Shown here one piece after another: positions 30,001 to 43,900 of a stretch of DNA of 64,000 nt (position 1 is the first letter of the stretch; every line of letters begins with the position of its first letter). Source of the DNA: Octopus sinensis (lineage: Eukaryota); assembly GCF_006345805.1 (NCBI RefSeq), contig NW_021836173.1:1-64000 (forward strand). Reading direction: 5' to 3'. The notes beneath the pieces were generated by a model. That model searched no databases, was not told where the DNA came from, and saw only the letters and a list, made by a program, of their open reading frames with translations. A program made the position numbers and the translations under genes.

Positions 30001-33000
30001 TTACAACCTCAAAACTTGTGCGATTTTAGTCATCTCTTGAATATATATAAGCTTTTTGTCAATCACTTAACTTATATTTAGCTAAGAGATCACTAAATTT
30101 TTTGTATTTTTCAAGTACACATATGCAATATTTTGACATTTTTTTACCTGAAAACTTTTGCGATTTTAGTGATCTCTTGGATAAATATAGCTTTTTATCA
30201 TCAGTTAACTTATATTTAGCTAAGAGATCATTAAATTTTTTGTTGATTTTCAAGTACACATATGCAACATTTTGACATTTTCTAACCTGAAAACTTTTGC
30301 GATTTTAGTGATCCCTTGGATAAATATAATCTTTTTATCAATCAGTTAACTTATATTTAGCTCTAAATTTTTTGTTGTTTTTCACGTACACATATGCAAT
30401 ATTTTGACATTTTCTAACGTGCAAACATTTCAGATTTTTGTGATCCCTTGGATAAATATAAGCTTTTTATCATTCTGTTGAATAATATTTAGCTAAGAGA
30501 TCACTAATTTTTTGTTGTTTTTAAGTACACATATGCAATATTTTGACATTTTCTGACCTGAAAACGTTTGAGATTTTAGTAATCTCTTGGATAAATATAA
30601 GCTTTTTATCAATCTGTTAAATTATATTTAGCTACGAGATCACTAAATTTTTTGTTGTTTTTCAAGTACACATATGCAATATTTTGACATTTTCCAACCT
30701 GAAAATTTTGCGAATTTAGTTATTTCTTTGATAAATATAAGCTTATTATCAATCATTTAACTTATATTTAGCTAAGAGATCACTAAATTTTTTGTTGTTT
30801 TTCAAGTACACATATGCAATATTTTGACATTTTCTAACCTGAAAACTTTTGCGAATTTCTTGATTTCTTTGATAAATATAAGCTTATTATCAATCAGTTA
30901 ACTTATATTTAGCTAAGAGATCACTAAATTTTTTGTTGTTTTTCAAGTACACATATGCAATATTTTGACATTTTCTAACCTGAAAACTTTTGCGAATTTA
31001 GTGATTTCTTTGATAAATATAAGCTTATTATCAATCTTATATTTAGCTAAGAGATCACTAAATTTTTTGTTGTTTTTCAAGTACACATATGCAATATTTT
31101 GACATTTTCTAACCTGAAAACGTTTGCGAATTTAGTGATTTCTTTGATAAATATAAGCTTATTATCAATCAGTTAACTTATATTAGCTAAGAGATCACTA
31201 ACTTTTGTCGTTTTTCAAGTACACATATGCAATATTTTGACATTTTCTGAAATTGAAACCTTTTGCGAATTTCGTGATTTCTTGATAAATATAAGCTTAT
31301 TATCAATAAGTTAACTTATATTTAGCTAGGAGATCACTAAATTTTTTTGTTTTTCAAGAACACATATGCAACATTTTGACATTTTCTAACCTGAAAACTT
31401 TTGCTATTTTAGTGATCTCTTGGATAAATATAAGCTTATTATCAATCAGTTAAGGTATATTTTGCTAAGAGATCACTAAATTTTTTGTTGTTTTTTAAGT
31501 ACACATATGCAATATTTTGACATTTTACAACCTCAAAACTTGTGCGATTTTAGTCATCTCTTGAATATATATAAGCTTTTTGTCAATCACTTAACTTATA
31601 TTTAGCTAAGAGATCACTAAATTTTTTGTTATTTTTCAAGTACACATATGCAATATTTTGACATTTTTTTACCTGAAAACTTTTGCGATTTTAGTGATCT
31701 CTTGGATAAATATAAGCTTTTTATCATTCAGTTAACTTATATTTAGCTAAGAGATCATTAAATTTTTTGTTGATTTTCAAGTACACATATGCAACATTTT
31801 GACAATTTATAACCTGAAAACTTTTGCGATTTTAGTGATCCCTTGGATAAATATAATCTTTTTATCAATCAGTTAACTTATATTTAGCTCTAAATTTTTT
31901 GTTGTTTTTCACGTACACATATGCAATATTTTGACATTTTCTAACGTGCAAACATTTCAGATTTTTGTGATCCCTTGGATAAATATAAGCTTTTTATCAT
32001 TCTGTTGAATAATATTTAGCTAAGAGATCACTAAATTTTTTGTTGTTTTTAAAGTACACATATGCAATATTTTGACATTTTCTGACCTGAAAACGTTTGA
32101 GATTTTAGTAATCTCTTGGATAAATATAAGCTTTTTATCAATCTGTTAAATTATATTTAGCTAAGAGATCACTAAATTTTTTGTTGTTTTTCAAGTACAC
32201 ATATGCAATATTTTGACATTTTCAAACCTGAAAATTTTACGATTTTAGTGATCTCTTGGATAAATATAAGCTTTTTATCAATCAGTTAAGGTATATTTTG
32301 CTAAGAGATCACTAAATTTTTTGTTGTTTTTCAAGTACACATATGCAATATTTTGACATTTTCTAACCTGAAAACCTTTGAGAATTTAGTGATCTGTTGG
32401 ATACATATAAGCTTTTTATCAATCAGTAAACTTATATTTAGCTAAGAGATCACTAAATTTTTTGTTGTTTTTAATGTACACATATGCAACATTTTGACAT
32501 TTTCTAACCTGAAAACTTTTGCGTTAGTGATCTCTTGGGTAAATATAAGCTTTTTATCATTCAGTTTACTTATATTTAGCTAAGAGATCACTAAATTTTT
32601 TATTGTTTTTCATGTACACATATGCAATATTTTGACATTTCCTAACCTGAAACCTTTTGAGATTTTAGTGATCTCTTGGATAAATATAAGCTTTTTATCA
32701 ATCAGTTAACTTATACTTAGCTCTAAATTTTTTATTTTTTTCCGAGTACACATATGCAATATTTTGACATTTTCGAACCTGAAAACATTTGCGATTTTAG
32801 TGATTTCATTGATAAATATAAGCTTTTTCTCAATCAGTTAACTTATATTTAGCTAAGAGATCACTAAATTTTTTGTTGTTTGTCAAGTACACATATGCAA
32901 TATTTTGACATTTTCTTACCTGAAAACTTTTCCGTTAGTGATCTCTTGGATAAATATAAGCTTATTATCAATCATTTAACTTATATTTAGCTCGGAGATC

Positions 33001-36000
33001 ACTAAATTTTTTGTTGTTTTTAAAGTACACATATGCAATATTTTGACATTTTCTAACCTGAAAACTTTTGCGTTAGTGATCTCTTGGATAAATATAAGCT
33101 TTTTATCATTCAGTTTACTTATATTTAGCTATTAGATCACTAAATTTTTTGTTGTTTTTCCAGTACACATATTCAATATTTTGACATTTTCTAAACTGAA
33201 AATTTTTGAGATTTTAGTGATCTCTTGGATAAATATAAGTATTTTATCAATCAGTTAACTTATATTTAGCTCTAAATTTTTCGTTGTTTTTCAAGTACAC
33301 ATATGCAATATTTTGACATTTTCTAACCTGAAAACTCTTTAGATTTTTGTGATCTCTTGGATAAATATAAGCTTTTTATCAATCAGTTAACATATAATTA
33401 GCTAGGAGATCACTAAATTTTTTGTTGTTTTTCAAGTACACATATGCAATATTTTGACATTTTCTAACTTCAAAACTTTTGAGATTTTAGTGATCTCTTC
33501 GTTAAGCTTTTTATCAATCAGCTAACTTATATTTAGCTAAGAGATCACTAAATTTTTTGTTGTTTTTCAAGTACACATATGCAACATTTTGACATTTTAT
33601 AACCTGAAAACTTTTGCGATTTTAGTGATCCCTTTGATAAATATAAGCTTTTTATCAATCAGTTAACTTATATTTGGCTCTAAATTTTTTGTTGTTTTTC
33701 AAGTACACATATGCAATATTTTGACGTTTTCTTACCTGAAAACTTTTGAGATTTTAGTGATCACTTTGATAAATATAAGCTCTTTATCAATCAGTTAACT
33801 TATATTTAGCTCTAAATTTTTTGTTGTTTTTCAAGTACACATATGCAATATTTTGAAATTTTCTAACCTGAAAACTTTTGAGATTTTCGTGATCTCTTGG
33901 ATAAATATAAGCTTTTTATCAATCAGTTAACATATATTTAGCTAAGAGATCACTAAATTTTTTGTTGTTTTTCAAGTACACATATGCAATATTTTTACAT
34001 TTTCTAACCTGAAAATTTTGCGAATTTAGTTATTTCTTTGATAAATATAAGCTTATTATCAATCATTTAACTTATATTCAGCTGAGAAATCACTAAATTT
34101 TTTGTTGTTTTTCAAGTACACATATGCAATATTTTGAAACTTTCTAAATTGAAAACGTTTTCGAATTTAGTGATTTCTTTGATAATTATAAGCTTATTAT
34201 CAATCAGTTAACTTATATTTAGCTAAGAGATCACTAAATTTTTTGTTGTTTTTCAAGTACACATATGCAATATTTTGACATTTTCTAACCTGAAAACTTT
34301 TGCGAATTTAGTGATTTCTTTGATAAATATAAGCTTATTATCAATCATTTAACTTATATTTAGCTATGAGACCACTACATTTTTTGTTGTTTTTCAAGGA
34401 CACATATGCAATATTTTGACATTTTCTAACCTGAAAACTTTTGCGAATTTCTTGATTTCTTTGATAAATATAAGCTTATTATCAATCATTTAACTTATAT
34501 TCAGCTGAGAAATCACTAAATTTTTTGTTGTTTTTCAAGTACACATATGCAATATTTTGAAACTTTCTAAATTGAAAACGTTTTCGAATTTAGTGATTTC
34601 TTTGATAATTATAAGCTTATTATCAATCAGTTAACTTATATTCAGCTAAGAGATTACTAAATTTTTTGTTGTTTTTCAAGTACACATCTGCAATATTTTG
34701 ATATTTTCTAACCTGAAAACTTTTTTGAATTTAGTGATTCCTTTGACAAATATAAGCTTATTATCAATCTTATATTTAGCTAAGAGATCACTTAATTTTT
34801 TGTTGTTTTTCAAGTACACATATGCAATATTTTGACATTTTCTAAATTGAAAACTTTTGCGAATTTAGTGATTTCTTTGATAAATATAAGCTTTTTATCA
34901 ATCAGATAACTTATATTTAGCTAAGAGGTCAATAAATTTTTTGTTGTTTTCAAGTACACATATGAAATATTTTGACATTTTCTAAACTGAAACCTTTTGC
35001 GAATGTAGTTATTTCTTACATAAATATAAGCTTATTATCAATCATTTAACTTATATTTAGCTGAGAGATCACTAAATTTTTTGTTGTTTTTCAAGTACAC
35101 ATATGCAATATTTTGACATTTTCCAAATTGAAAACGTTTGCGAATTTCGTGATTTCTTTGATAAATATAAGCTTATTATCAATCAGTTAACTTATATTTC
35201 GCTAGGAGGTCACTAAATTTTTTGTTGTTTTTTAAGTACACATATGCAATATTTTGACATTTTACAACCTGAAAACTTGTGCGATTTTAGTCATCTCTTG
35301 AATATATATAAGATTTTTATCAATCACTTAACTTATATTTAGCTAAGAGATCACTAAATTTTTTGTTATATTTCAAGTACACATATGCAATATTTTGACA
35401 TTTTCTTACCTGAAAACTTTTACGATTTTAGTGATCTGTTGGATAAATATAAGCTTTTTATCAATCAGTTAACTTATATTTAGCTAAGAGAACATTAAAT
35501 TTTTTGTTGATTTTCAAGTACACATATGCAATATTTTGACCTTTTCTTACCTGAAAACTTTTGAGATTTTAGTGATCTCTTGGATAAATATAAGCTGTTT
35601 ATCAATCAGTTAATTCATATTTAACTAAGAGATCACTAAATTTTTTGTTGTTTTTTAAGTACACATATGCAATATTTTGAAATTTTCTAACCTGAAAACA
35701 CTTGAGATTTTAGTGACCTCTTGGATAAATATAAGCTTTTTATCAATCAGTTAACTTATATTTAGGTCTAAATTTTTTGTTGTTTTTCACGTACACATAT
35801 GCAATATTTTGACATTTTCTAACGTGCAAACATTTCACATTTTTGTGATCCCTTGGATAAATATAAGCTTTTTATCATTCTGTTGAATAATATTTAGCTA
35901 ACAGATCACTAAATTTTTTGTTGTTTTAAAGTACACATATGCATTATTTTGACATTTTCTGACCTGAAAACGTTTGAGATATTAGTGATCTCTTGGAAAA

Positions 36001-37648
36001 ATATAAGCTTTTTATCAATCTGTTAAATTATATTTAGCTAAGAGATCACTAAATTTTTTGTTGTTTTTCAAGTACACATATGCAATATTTTGACATTTCC
36101 AAACCTGAAAATTTTACGATTTTAGTGATCTCTTGGATAAATATAAGCTTTTTATCAATCAGTTAAGGTATATTTAGCTAAGAGATCACAAAATTTTTTG
36201 TTGTTTTTAAAGTACACATATGCAATATTTTGAAATTTTCTAACCTGAAAACTTTTGAGATTTTAGTGATCTCTTTGATAAATATAAGCTTTTTATCAAT
36301 CAGTAAACTTATATTTAGCTATGAGATCACTAAATTTTTTGTTGTTTTTCAAGTACACATATGCAATATTTTGACATTTTCTAACCTGAAAACTTTTGAG
36401 AATTCAGTGATCTGTTGGATAAATATAAGCTTTTTATCAATCAGTAAACTTATATTTAGCTAAGAGATCACTAAATTTTTTGTTGTTTTTCAAGCACGCA
36501 TATGCAATATTTTGACATTTTCTAACCTGAAAACTTTTGAGATTTTAGTGATCTCTTGGATAAATATAAGCATTTTACCAATCAGTTTACTTATATTTAG
36601 CTTTAAATTTTTTGTTCTTTTTCAAGTACACATATGCAATATTTTGACATTTTCTTACCTGAAAACTTTTGTAATTTTAGTGATCTCTTGGATAAATATA
36701 AGCTGTTTATCAATCAGTTAATTCATATTTAGCTAAGAGATCACTAAATTTTTTGTTGTTTTTCAAGTTCACATATGCAATATTTTGACATTTTCTAACC
36801 TGAAAACTTTTGTGAATTTGAGATTTCTTTGATAAATATAAGCTTATTATCAATCAGTAAACTTATATTTAGCGAAGAGATCACTAAATTTTTTGTTGTT
36901 TTTCAAGTACACATATGCAATATTTTGACATTTTCTAACCTGAAAACTTTGTGAGATTTTAGTGATCTCTTATATAAATATCAGCTTTTTATCAATCAAT
37001 TACCATATATTTAGCTATTAGATCACTGAATTTTTTGTTGTTTTTCAATTACACATATGCAATATTTTGACATTTTCTAACCTGAAAACTTTTGCGTTAG
37101 TGATCTCTTGGGTAAATATAAGCTTTTTATCATTCAGTTTACTTATATTTTGCTAAGAGATCACTAAATTTTTTGTTGTTTTTTAAGTACACATATGCAA
37201 TATTTTGACATTTTCTAACCTGAAAACTTTTGCGATTTTAGTGATCTCTTGGATAAATATAAGTTTTTTATCAATCAGTTAACTTATATTTAGCTATTAG
37301 ATCACTAAATTTTTTTTTGTTTTTCAAGTACACATATGCAATATTTTGACATTTTCTAACCTGAAAACTTTTGCGTTAGTGATCTCTTGGGTAAATATAA
37401 GCTTTTTATCATTCAGTTTACTTATATTTAGCTAAGAGATCACTAAATTTTTTGTTGTTTTTCAAGTACACATATGCAATCTTTTGACATTTTCTGACCT
37501 GAAAACTTTTGAGATTTTAGTGATCTCTTGGATAAATATAAGCTGTTTATCAATCAGTTAATTCATATTTAGCTAAGAGATCACTAAATTTTTTGTTGTT
37601 TTTTCAAGTACACATGCAATATTTTGACATTTTCTAACCTGAAAACTT
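1..37648. repeat. 141-bp AT-rich satellite array (about 265 copies, runs off the left edge)
   Basis: Consensus AAGTACACATATGCAATATTTTGACATTTTCTAACCTGAAAACTTTTGCGAATTTAGTGATTTCTTTGATAAATATAAGCTTATTATCAATCA(G/T)TTAACTTATATTTAGCTAAGAGATCACTAAATTTTTTGTTGTTTTTC. Successive AAGTACACAT at 20301 and 20442 give a 141-bp period. Uninterrupted and in a single orientation. Confidence 0.98.
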
Positions 37649-38648
37649 GATAAACTATGATCTCCAATGAAAACAATGATCTCCAGAGGTTTGATATAAT
37701 CTCAGGTGACTTACAGGCACTGTTACAGTGTTGCCAGGGATGGGACGCATTATTGGACTTGGTCAAATCTGTGCCCGATGACCTCCCTAAGACCATTCAC
37801 CTACAGGCTGGAAGGGACCCCATGGCACGCCCTACACCAGATGTCTGGACATGGTAAACAATGATCTTCAGAGGTTTGATATAATCTTGGATGATGCAGA
37901 GGCACTGGTGCAGTGTTGCCAGGGATGGGAAGCATCATTGGACCTGGTCAGCTCTGTGCACGATGACCTCCCTAAGACCATTCAGCTACAGGCTGGAAAG
38001 GATCCCATGGCAAGCCCTGCACCTGATTACTGAACATGATAAACGATGATCTCCAGATGTTTAATATAATCTTGGATGATGCAGAGGTACTGGTCTGGTT
38101 TTATTCAGAGTTGGGAAGCATCATTGGACCTGGTCAGCTCTGTGCACGATGACCTCCCTAAGACTATTCAGCTACAGGCTGGAAGGGACCCAATGACAAG
38201 CCCTGCACCAGATGTCTGAACATGATAAAGAATGATCTTCAGAGGTTTGATATAATCTTGGGTGATGCAGAGCTACTGGTGCAGTTTTGCCAGGGATTGG
38301 GAGCATCATTGGACCTGGTCATCTTTGTTCACGATGACCTCCCTAAACCATTCACCTACAGGCTGGAAGGGGCTCCATGGCAAGCCCTGCACCGGATGTC
38401 TGAACATGATAAACAATGATCTACAGAGGTTTGATATAATCTTCGGTTATGCAGAGGCACTGGTGCAGGTTTGCCAGGGATGGGCACCATTATTTGACCT
38501 GGTATGCTCTGTTCACGATGACATCCCTAAGACCATTCAGCTATAAGCTCGAAGGGACGCCACGGCAAGCTCTGCACCAGATGACTAAACATGATAAACA
38601 ATGATCTCCAGAAGTTTGATATAATCTTGGGTGAATCAGAGGCACTGA
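37648..38648 (+). repeat. 185-bp satellite, block 1 (about 5.4 copies)
   Basis: Unit ATGATAAACGATGATCTCCAGAGGTTTGATATAATCTTGGGTGATGCAGAGGCACTGG...GCAAGCCCTGCACCAGATGGCTGAAC. Unit starts at 37851, 38036 and 38222. Confidence 0.95.
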
Positions 38649-40810
38649 TACATTGTGTATCTTGAAAACTTTTCAGGATACAAAACGTGTCAAAATATTG
38701 CAAATAAGCATAAAAAATGAACAAAATTTGCTAATTCAAATTTGTTGTTTTTTTAATACCCATTTGCAATATTTGACCCATTTTGTATTCTGAAAAGTTT
38801 AGTGAATACTTATATAAATGTAATCTTATTATAATCTTATTAAAGATTTTCCCAAGAGATCACTGAAATCACAAAAGTTTGCTAATTTAAATTTGTTTTT
38901 TTTATGCAATATCTCGACACATTTTCTATTCTGAAAACCTTAGTGATCTCTGTGATAAATATAATTTTATTACCCAAACACTAAGCAGTGAACAAAGTTG
39001 CTAATTCAAATTTGTTTCTTAGAGATTATATCTATCAAAGAGATCATTAAAGTATCAAAAGATTTCAGGATACAAAATGTTTTAAAATATTGCATATACT
39101 AAAGAAGTACAAATTTGAATTAGCAACGTGGTTCACTTTTTTATGCTTATTTGCAATATTTTGACACATTTTGTTTTCTCTATTTGGTAAATATAATAAC
39201 TGATTATATTTATCAGAGATTATATTTATCAGAGATCACAGAAGTATCAAAAGTTTAATTTAAATTTGCAATTTTGTTCAGATTTTTTTGCTTATTTCCA
39301 ATATTTTGGCACATTTTATTTTTCTGAAAAGTTTTTATGAATTGAGTGAACTCATGGATAAATGTAACAGCTGATTGATAAGATTAGATTTATCAAAGAG
39401 ATCACTAAAGTGTCAAAAGTTTTCAGATTAAAAAAATACGTTAAAATATTGCAAATAAGTACTAAAAAACAACAAATTTGAAATAGCAATTTTGTTCAAT
39501 TTGTTATGCTTCTTTGACAGGTTTTATTTTTCTGAAAGCTTTTATGAATTCAGTGATCTCTTGTGTATAAAAAAATTAAATTTATCAAAAGTTTTCAGGA
39601 TACAATATTGCAAATTTAAATTAGCAATTTTGAAAACACACACAAAATACACAGAAAACAAATAAAAACACTCAAAAGACACTTAAAACACAAAAGTCAC
39701 AAAAAACTGACACAAAAGACATGTGAAACAAAATAAAACAAAACTCACACAACTAAGCACAAAAACTGTGATCTCTTCGGTAAATAATAAGATTATATTT
39801 ATCAAAGAGATCACTAAAGTGTCAAAAGTTTTCAGATTAAAAAAATACGTTAAAATATTGCAAATAAGTACTAAAAAACAACAAATTTGAAATAGCAATT
39901 TTGTTCAATTTGTTATGCTTCTTTGACAGGTTTTATTTTTCTGAAAGCTTTTATGAATTCAGTGATCTCTTGTGTATAAAAAAATTAAATTTATCAAAAG
40001 TTTTCAGGATACAATATTGCAAATTTAAATTAGCAATTTTGAAAACACACACAAAATACACAGAAAACAAATAAAAACACTCAAAAGACACTTAAAACAC
40101 AAAAGTCACAAAAAACTGACACAAAAGACATGTGAAACAAAATAAAACAAAACTCACACAACTAAGCACAAAAACTGTGATCTCTTCGGTAAATAATAAG
40201 ATTATATTTATCAAAGAGATCACCAAATTGTGAAAAGTTTCCAGGATACAAAATATGTCAAAATATTGTGAATAAGTGCGAAAAAACAACAAACTTGTGT
40301 GATCTCTAGTGTAAATACAAGTTAGCTGATTATATTTATGAAATAGATAAAAAAATGTCAAAATTTTTTAGGATACAAAATGTGTCAAATTATTGCAAAT
40401 ATGTACTAAAAGACAACAAATTTCAATTTGCAATTTTGTTCACATTTTGTAGCCTGAGAACGTTCGAGAATTCAGTGATCTCTTGGATAAATATAATCTT
40501 ATAATCAACCAGTTAACGAGAGATCATACAATTCACAAAAGTTTCAGAAAACAAAATGTATCAAAATATTGCAAAGAAGCATAAAAAAGTGACCAAAATT
40601 GCTAATTCAATTTTCTGATTGTTTAGAAATTATTTGCAATATTTAGACACGTTTTATTCATATCTCAGAAGTTTTCAGAATGTGTCAAAGTATTGCAAAT
40701 AAGCATAACACAGTGATCAAAATTGCCAATTGAAATTTGTTTTAATTTAGTACATATTTGCAATATTTTGACATTTTCTAACCTGAAAACTTTTAACACT
40801 TTAGTGACAT
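38649..40810. repeat. Degenerate, both-orientation relatives of the 141-bp satellite (fold-back type repeat)
   Basis: Motifs GCAATATTTTGACACATTTT, CTGAAAACTTTT and AGTGATCTCTT, and their reverse complements (AAGAGATCACT, AAAAGTTTTCAG, TCAAAATATTGC), alternate throughout. Confidence 0.85.
39380..40223. repeat. Near-exact 409-bp tandem duplication
   Basis: TATCAAAGAGATCAC at 39391, 39800 and 40209. Identical ORF-track C-termini end at 39683 and 40092. Confidence 0.93.
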
Positions 40811-40986
40811 TTTGGTATTGTTTTGTGTTTTTTGTGTTATTTTTGCATATTTTTTTCTTATTTTTTTTCTTATTTTTGTTTTCTTATTTTTGTTTTGTCT
40901 GTGTTTTATAAGTTCTTATAAAACACAGAGAAAACAAAAATATTTTTTATGTCTTTTTAAATGTCTTTTAAGAGTCTTTTGTGTCT

Positions 40987-43900
40987 GTCTTAGGGAGGTC
41001 ATCGTGCATAGAGATGACCAAGTCCAATAATGCTTCCCATCCCTGCCAACCCTGTACCAGTGCCCCTGCATCACCAAAGATTATATCAAACATCTGGAGA
41101 TGTTCATTTATCATGTTCAGTCATCTGGTGCAGGGCTATCCTTGGGGTCCCTTCCAGCCTGTAGCTGAATGGTGTTAGGGAGGTCATCGTGCATAGAGCT
41201 GACCAGGTCCAATAATGCTTCCCATTCCTGGCATCCCTGTACCAATGCCTCTGTATCACCCAAGATTATATCAAACTTCTTGAGATCATCGTTTATCAAG
41301 TTCAGCCATCTGGTGCAGGGCTTGCCATGGGGTCCCTTCCAGCCTGTAGCTGAATGGTCTTAGGGAGGTCATCGTGCATATAGATGACCAAGTCCAATGA
41401 CGCTTCCCATCTCTGGCAACCCTGCACCAGTGCCTCTGCATCACCACAGATTATATCAAACCTCTGAAGATCATTCTTTATCATGTTCATACATCTGGTG
41501 CAGGGCTTGCCATGGGGTCCCTTCAAGCCTGTAGCTGAATGGTCTTGGTGAGGTCATCGGGCATAGAGCTGACCAAGTCCAATAATTCTTCCCATCCCTA
41601 GGCAACCCTGTACCAGTGCCTCTGCATCACCCAAGATTATATAAAACCTCGGAAGATCATTCTTTATCATGTTCAGACATCTGGTGCAGGGCTTGCCATG
41701 GGGTCCCTTCAAGCCTGTAGCTGAATGGTCTTGGGGAGGTCATCGGGCATAGAGCTGACCAAGTCCAATAATTCTTCCCATCCCTAGGCAACCCTGTACC
41801 AGTGCCTCTGCATCTCACAAGATTATATAAAACCTCTTGAGATCATTCTTTATCATGTTCAGACATCTGGTGCAGGGCTTGCCATGGGGTCCCTTCAAGC
41901 CTGTAGCTGAATGGTCTTAGGGAGGTCATCGTGCATATAGCTGACCAAGTCCAATGATGCTTCCCATCTCTGGCAACCCTGCATCAGTGCCTCTGCATCA
42001 CCCAAGATTATATCAAACCTCTTGAGATCATCGTTATCATGTTTAGCCATCTGGTGCAGGGCTTGCCATGGGGTCCCTTCCAGCCTGTAGCTGAATGGTC
42101 TTAGGGAGGTCATCGTGCATAGAGCTGACCAAGTCCAATAATGCTTCCCATCCCTTGCAACCCTGTACCAGTGCCTCTGCATCACCCAAGATTATATCAA
42201 ACCTCTGGAGATCATCGTTTATCATGTTCAGCCATCTGGTGCAGGGCTTGCCATGGGGTCCCTTCAAGCCTGTAGCTGAATGGTGTTAGGGAAGTCATCG
42301 TGCATATAGCTGACCAAGTCCAATAATGCTTCCCATCCCTTGCAACCCTGTACCAATGCCTCTGTATCACCCAAGATTATATCAAACCTCTTGAGATCAT
42401 CGTTTATCATGTTTAGCCATCTGGTGCAGGGCTTGCCATGGGGTCCCTTCCAGCCTGTAGCTGAATGTGTTAGGGAAGTCATCGTGCATATAGCTGACCA
42501 AGTCCAATAATGCTTCCCATCCCTTGCAACCCTGTACCAATGCCTCTGTATCACCCAAGATTATATCAAACCTCTTGAGATCATCGTTTATCATGTTTAG
42601 CCATCTGGTGCAGGGCTGTCCATGGGGTCCCTTCCAGCCTGTAGCTGAATGGTCTTGGGGAGGTCATCGGGCATAGAGCTGACCAAGTCCAATAATTCTT
42701 CCCATCCCCTGCAACCCTGTACCAATGCCTCTGTATCACCCAAGATTATATCAAACCTCTTAAGATCATCGTTATCATGTTCAGCCATCTGGTGCAGGGC
42801 TTGCCATGGAGTCCCTTCAAGCCTGTAGCTGAATGGTGTTAGGAAGTCATCGTGCATATAGCTGACCAAGTCCAATAATGCTTCCCATCCCCTGCAACCC
42901 TGTACCAGTGCCTCTGCATCACCCAAGATTATATCAAACCTCTTGAGATCATCGTTTATCATGTTTAGCCATCTGGTGCAGGGCTTGCCATGGGGTCCCT
43001 TCCAGCCTGTAGCTGAATGGTCTTGGGGAGGTCATCGGGCATAGAGCTGACCAAGTCTAATAATTCTTCCCATCCCTGGCAACCCTGTACCAATGCCTCT
43101 GTATCACCCAAGATTATATCAAACCTCTTAAGATCATCGTTTATCATGTTCAGACATCTGGTGCAGGGCTTGCCATGGGGTCCCTTCAAGCCTGTAGCTG
43201 AATGGTGTTAGGGAAGTCATCGTGCATATAGCTGACCAAGTCCAATAATGCTTCCCATCCCTTGCAACCCTGTACCAGTGCCTCTGCATCACCCAAGATT
43301 ATATCAAACCTCTGGAGATCATCGTTTATCATGTTTAGCCATCTGGTGCAGGGCTTGTCATGGGGTCCCTTCCAGCCTGTAGCTGAATGGTGTTAGGGAG
43401 GTCATCGTGCATAGAGCTGACCAAGTCCAATAATTCTTCCCATCCCTGGCAACCCTGTACCAGTGCCCCTGCATCACCAAAGATTATATCAAACATCTGG
43501 AGATGTTCATTTATCATGTTCAGTCATCTGGTGCAGGGCTATCCTTGGGGTCCCTTCAAGCCTGTAGCTGAATGGTCTTGCGGAGGTCATCGTGCATAGA
43601 GCTGACCAAGTCCAATAATGCTTCCCATCCCTGCCAACCCTGTACCAGTGCCCCTGCATCACCCAAGATTATATCAAACCTCTTGAGATCATCGTTTATC
43701 AAGTTCAGCCATCTGGTGCAGGGCTTGCCATTGGGTCCCTTCAAGCCTGTAGCTGAATGGTCTTAGGGAGGTCATCGTGCATATAGCTGACCAAGTCCAA
43801 TGACGCTTCCCATCTCTGGCAACCCTGCACCAATGCCTCTGCATCACCCAAGATTATATCAAACCTCTGAAGATCATTCTTTATCATGTTCAGACATCTG

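Noticed and set aside
1-37648. CRISPR-like array suggested by the regular palindromic repeats
   Set aside because: The whole 141-bp unit repeats with no unique spacers, there are no cas genes, and the context is eukaryotic.
30059-37796. ORF-track hits within the 141-bp satellite
   Set aside because: Chance loss of stop codons in a unit whose length is a multiple of 3. The peptides just repeat the monomer translation.
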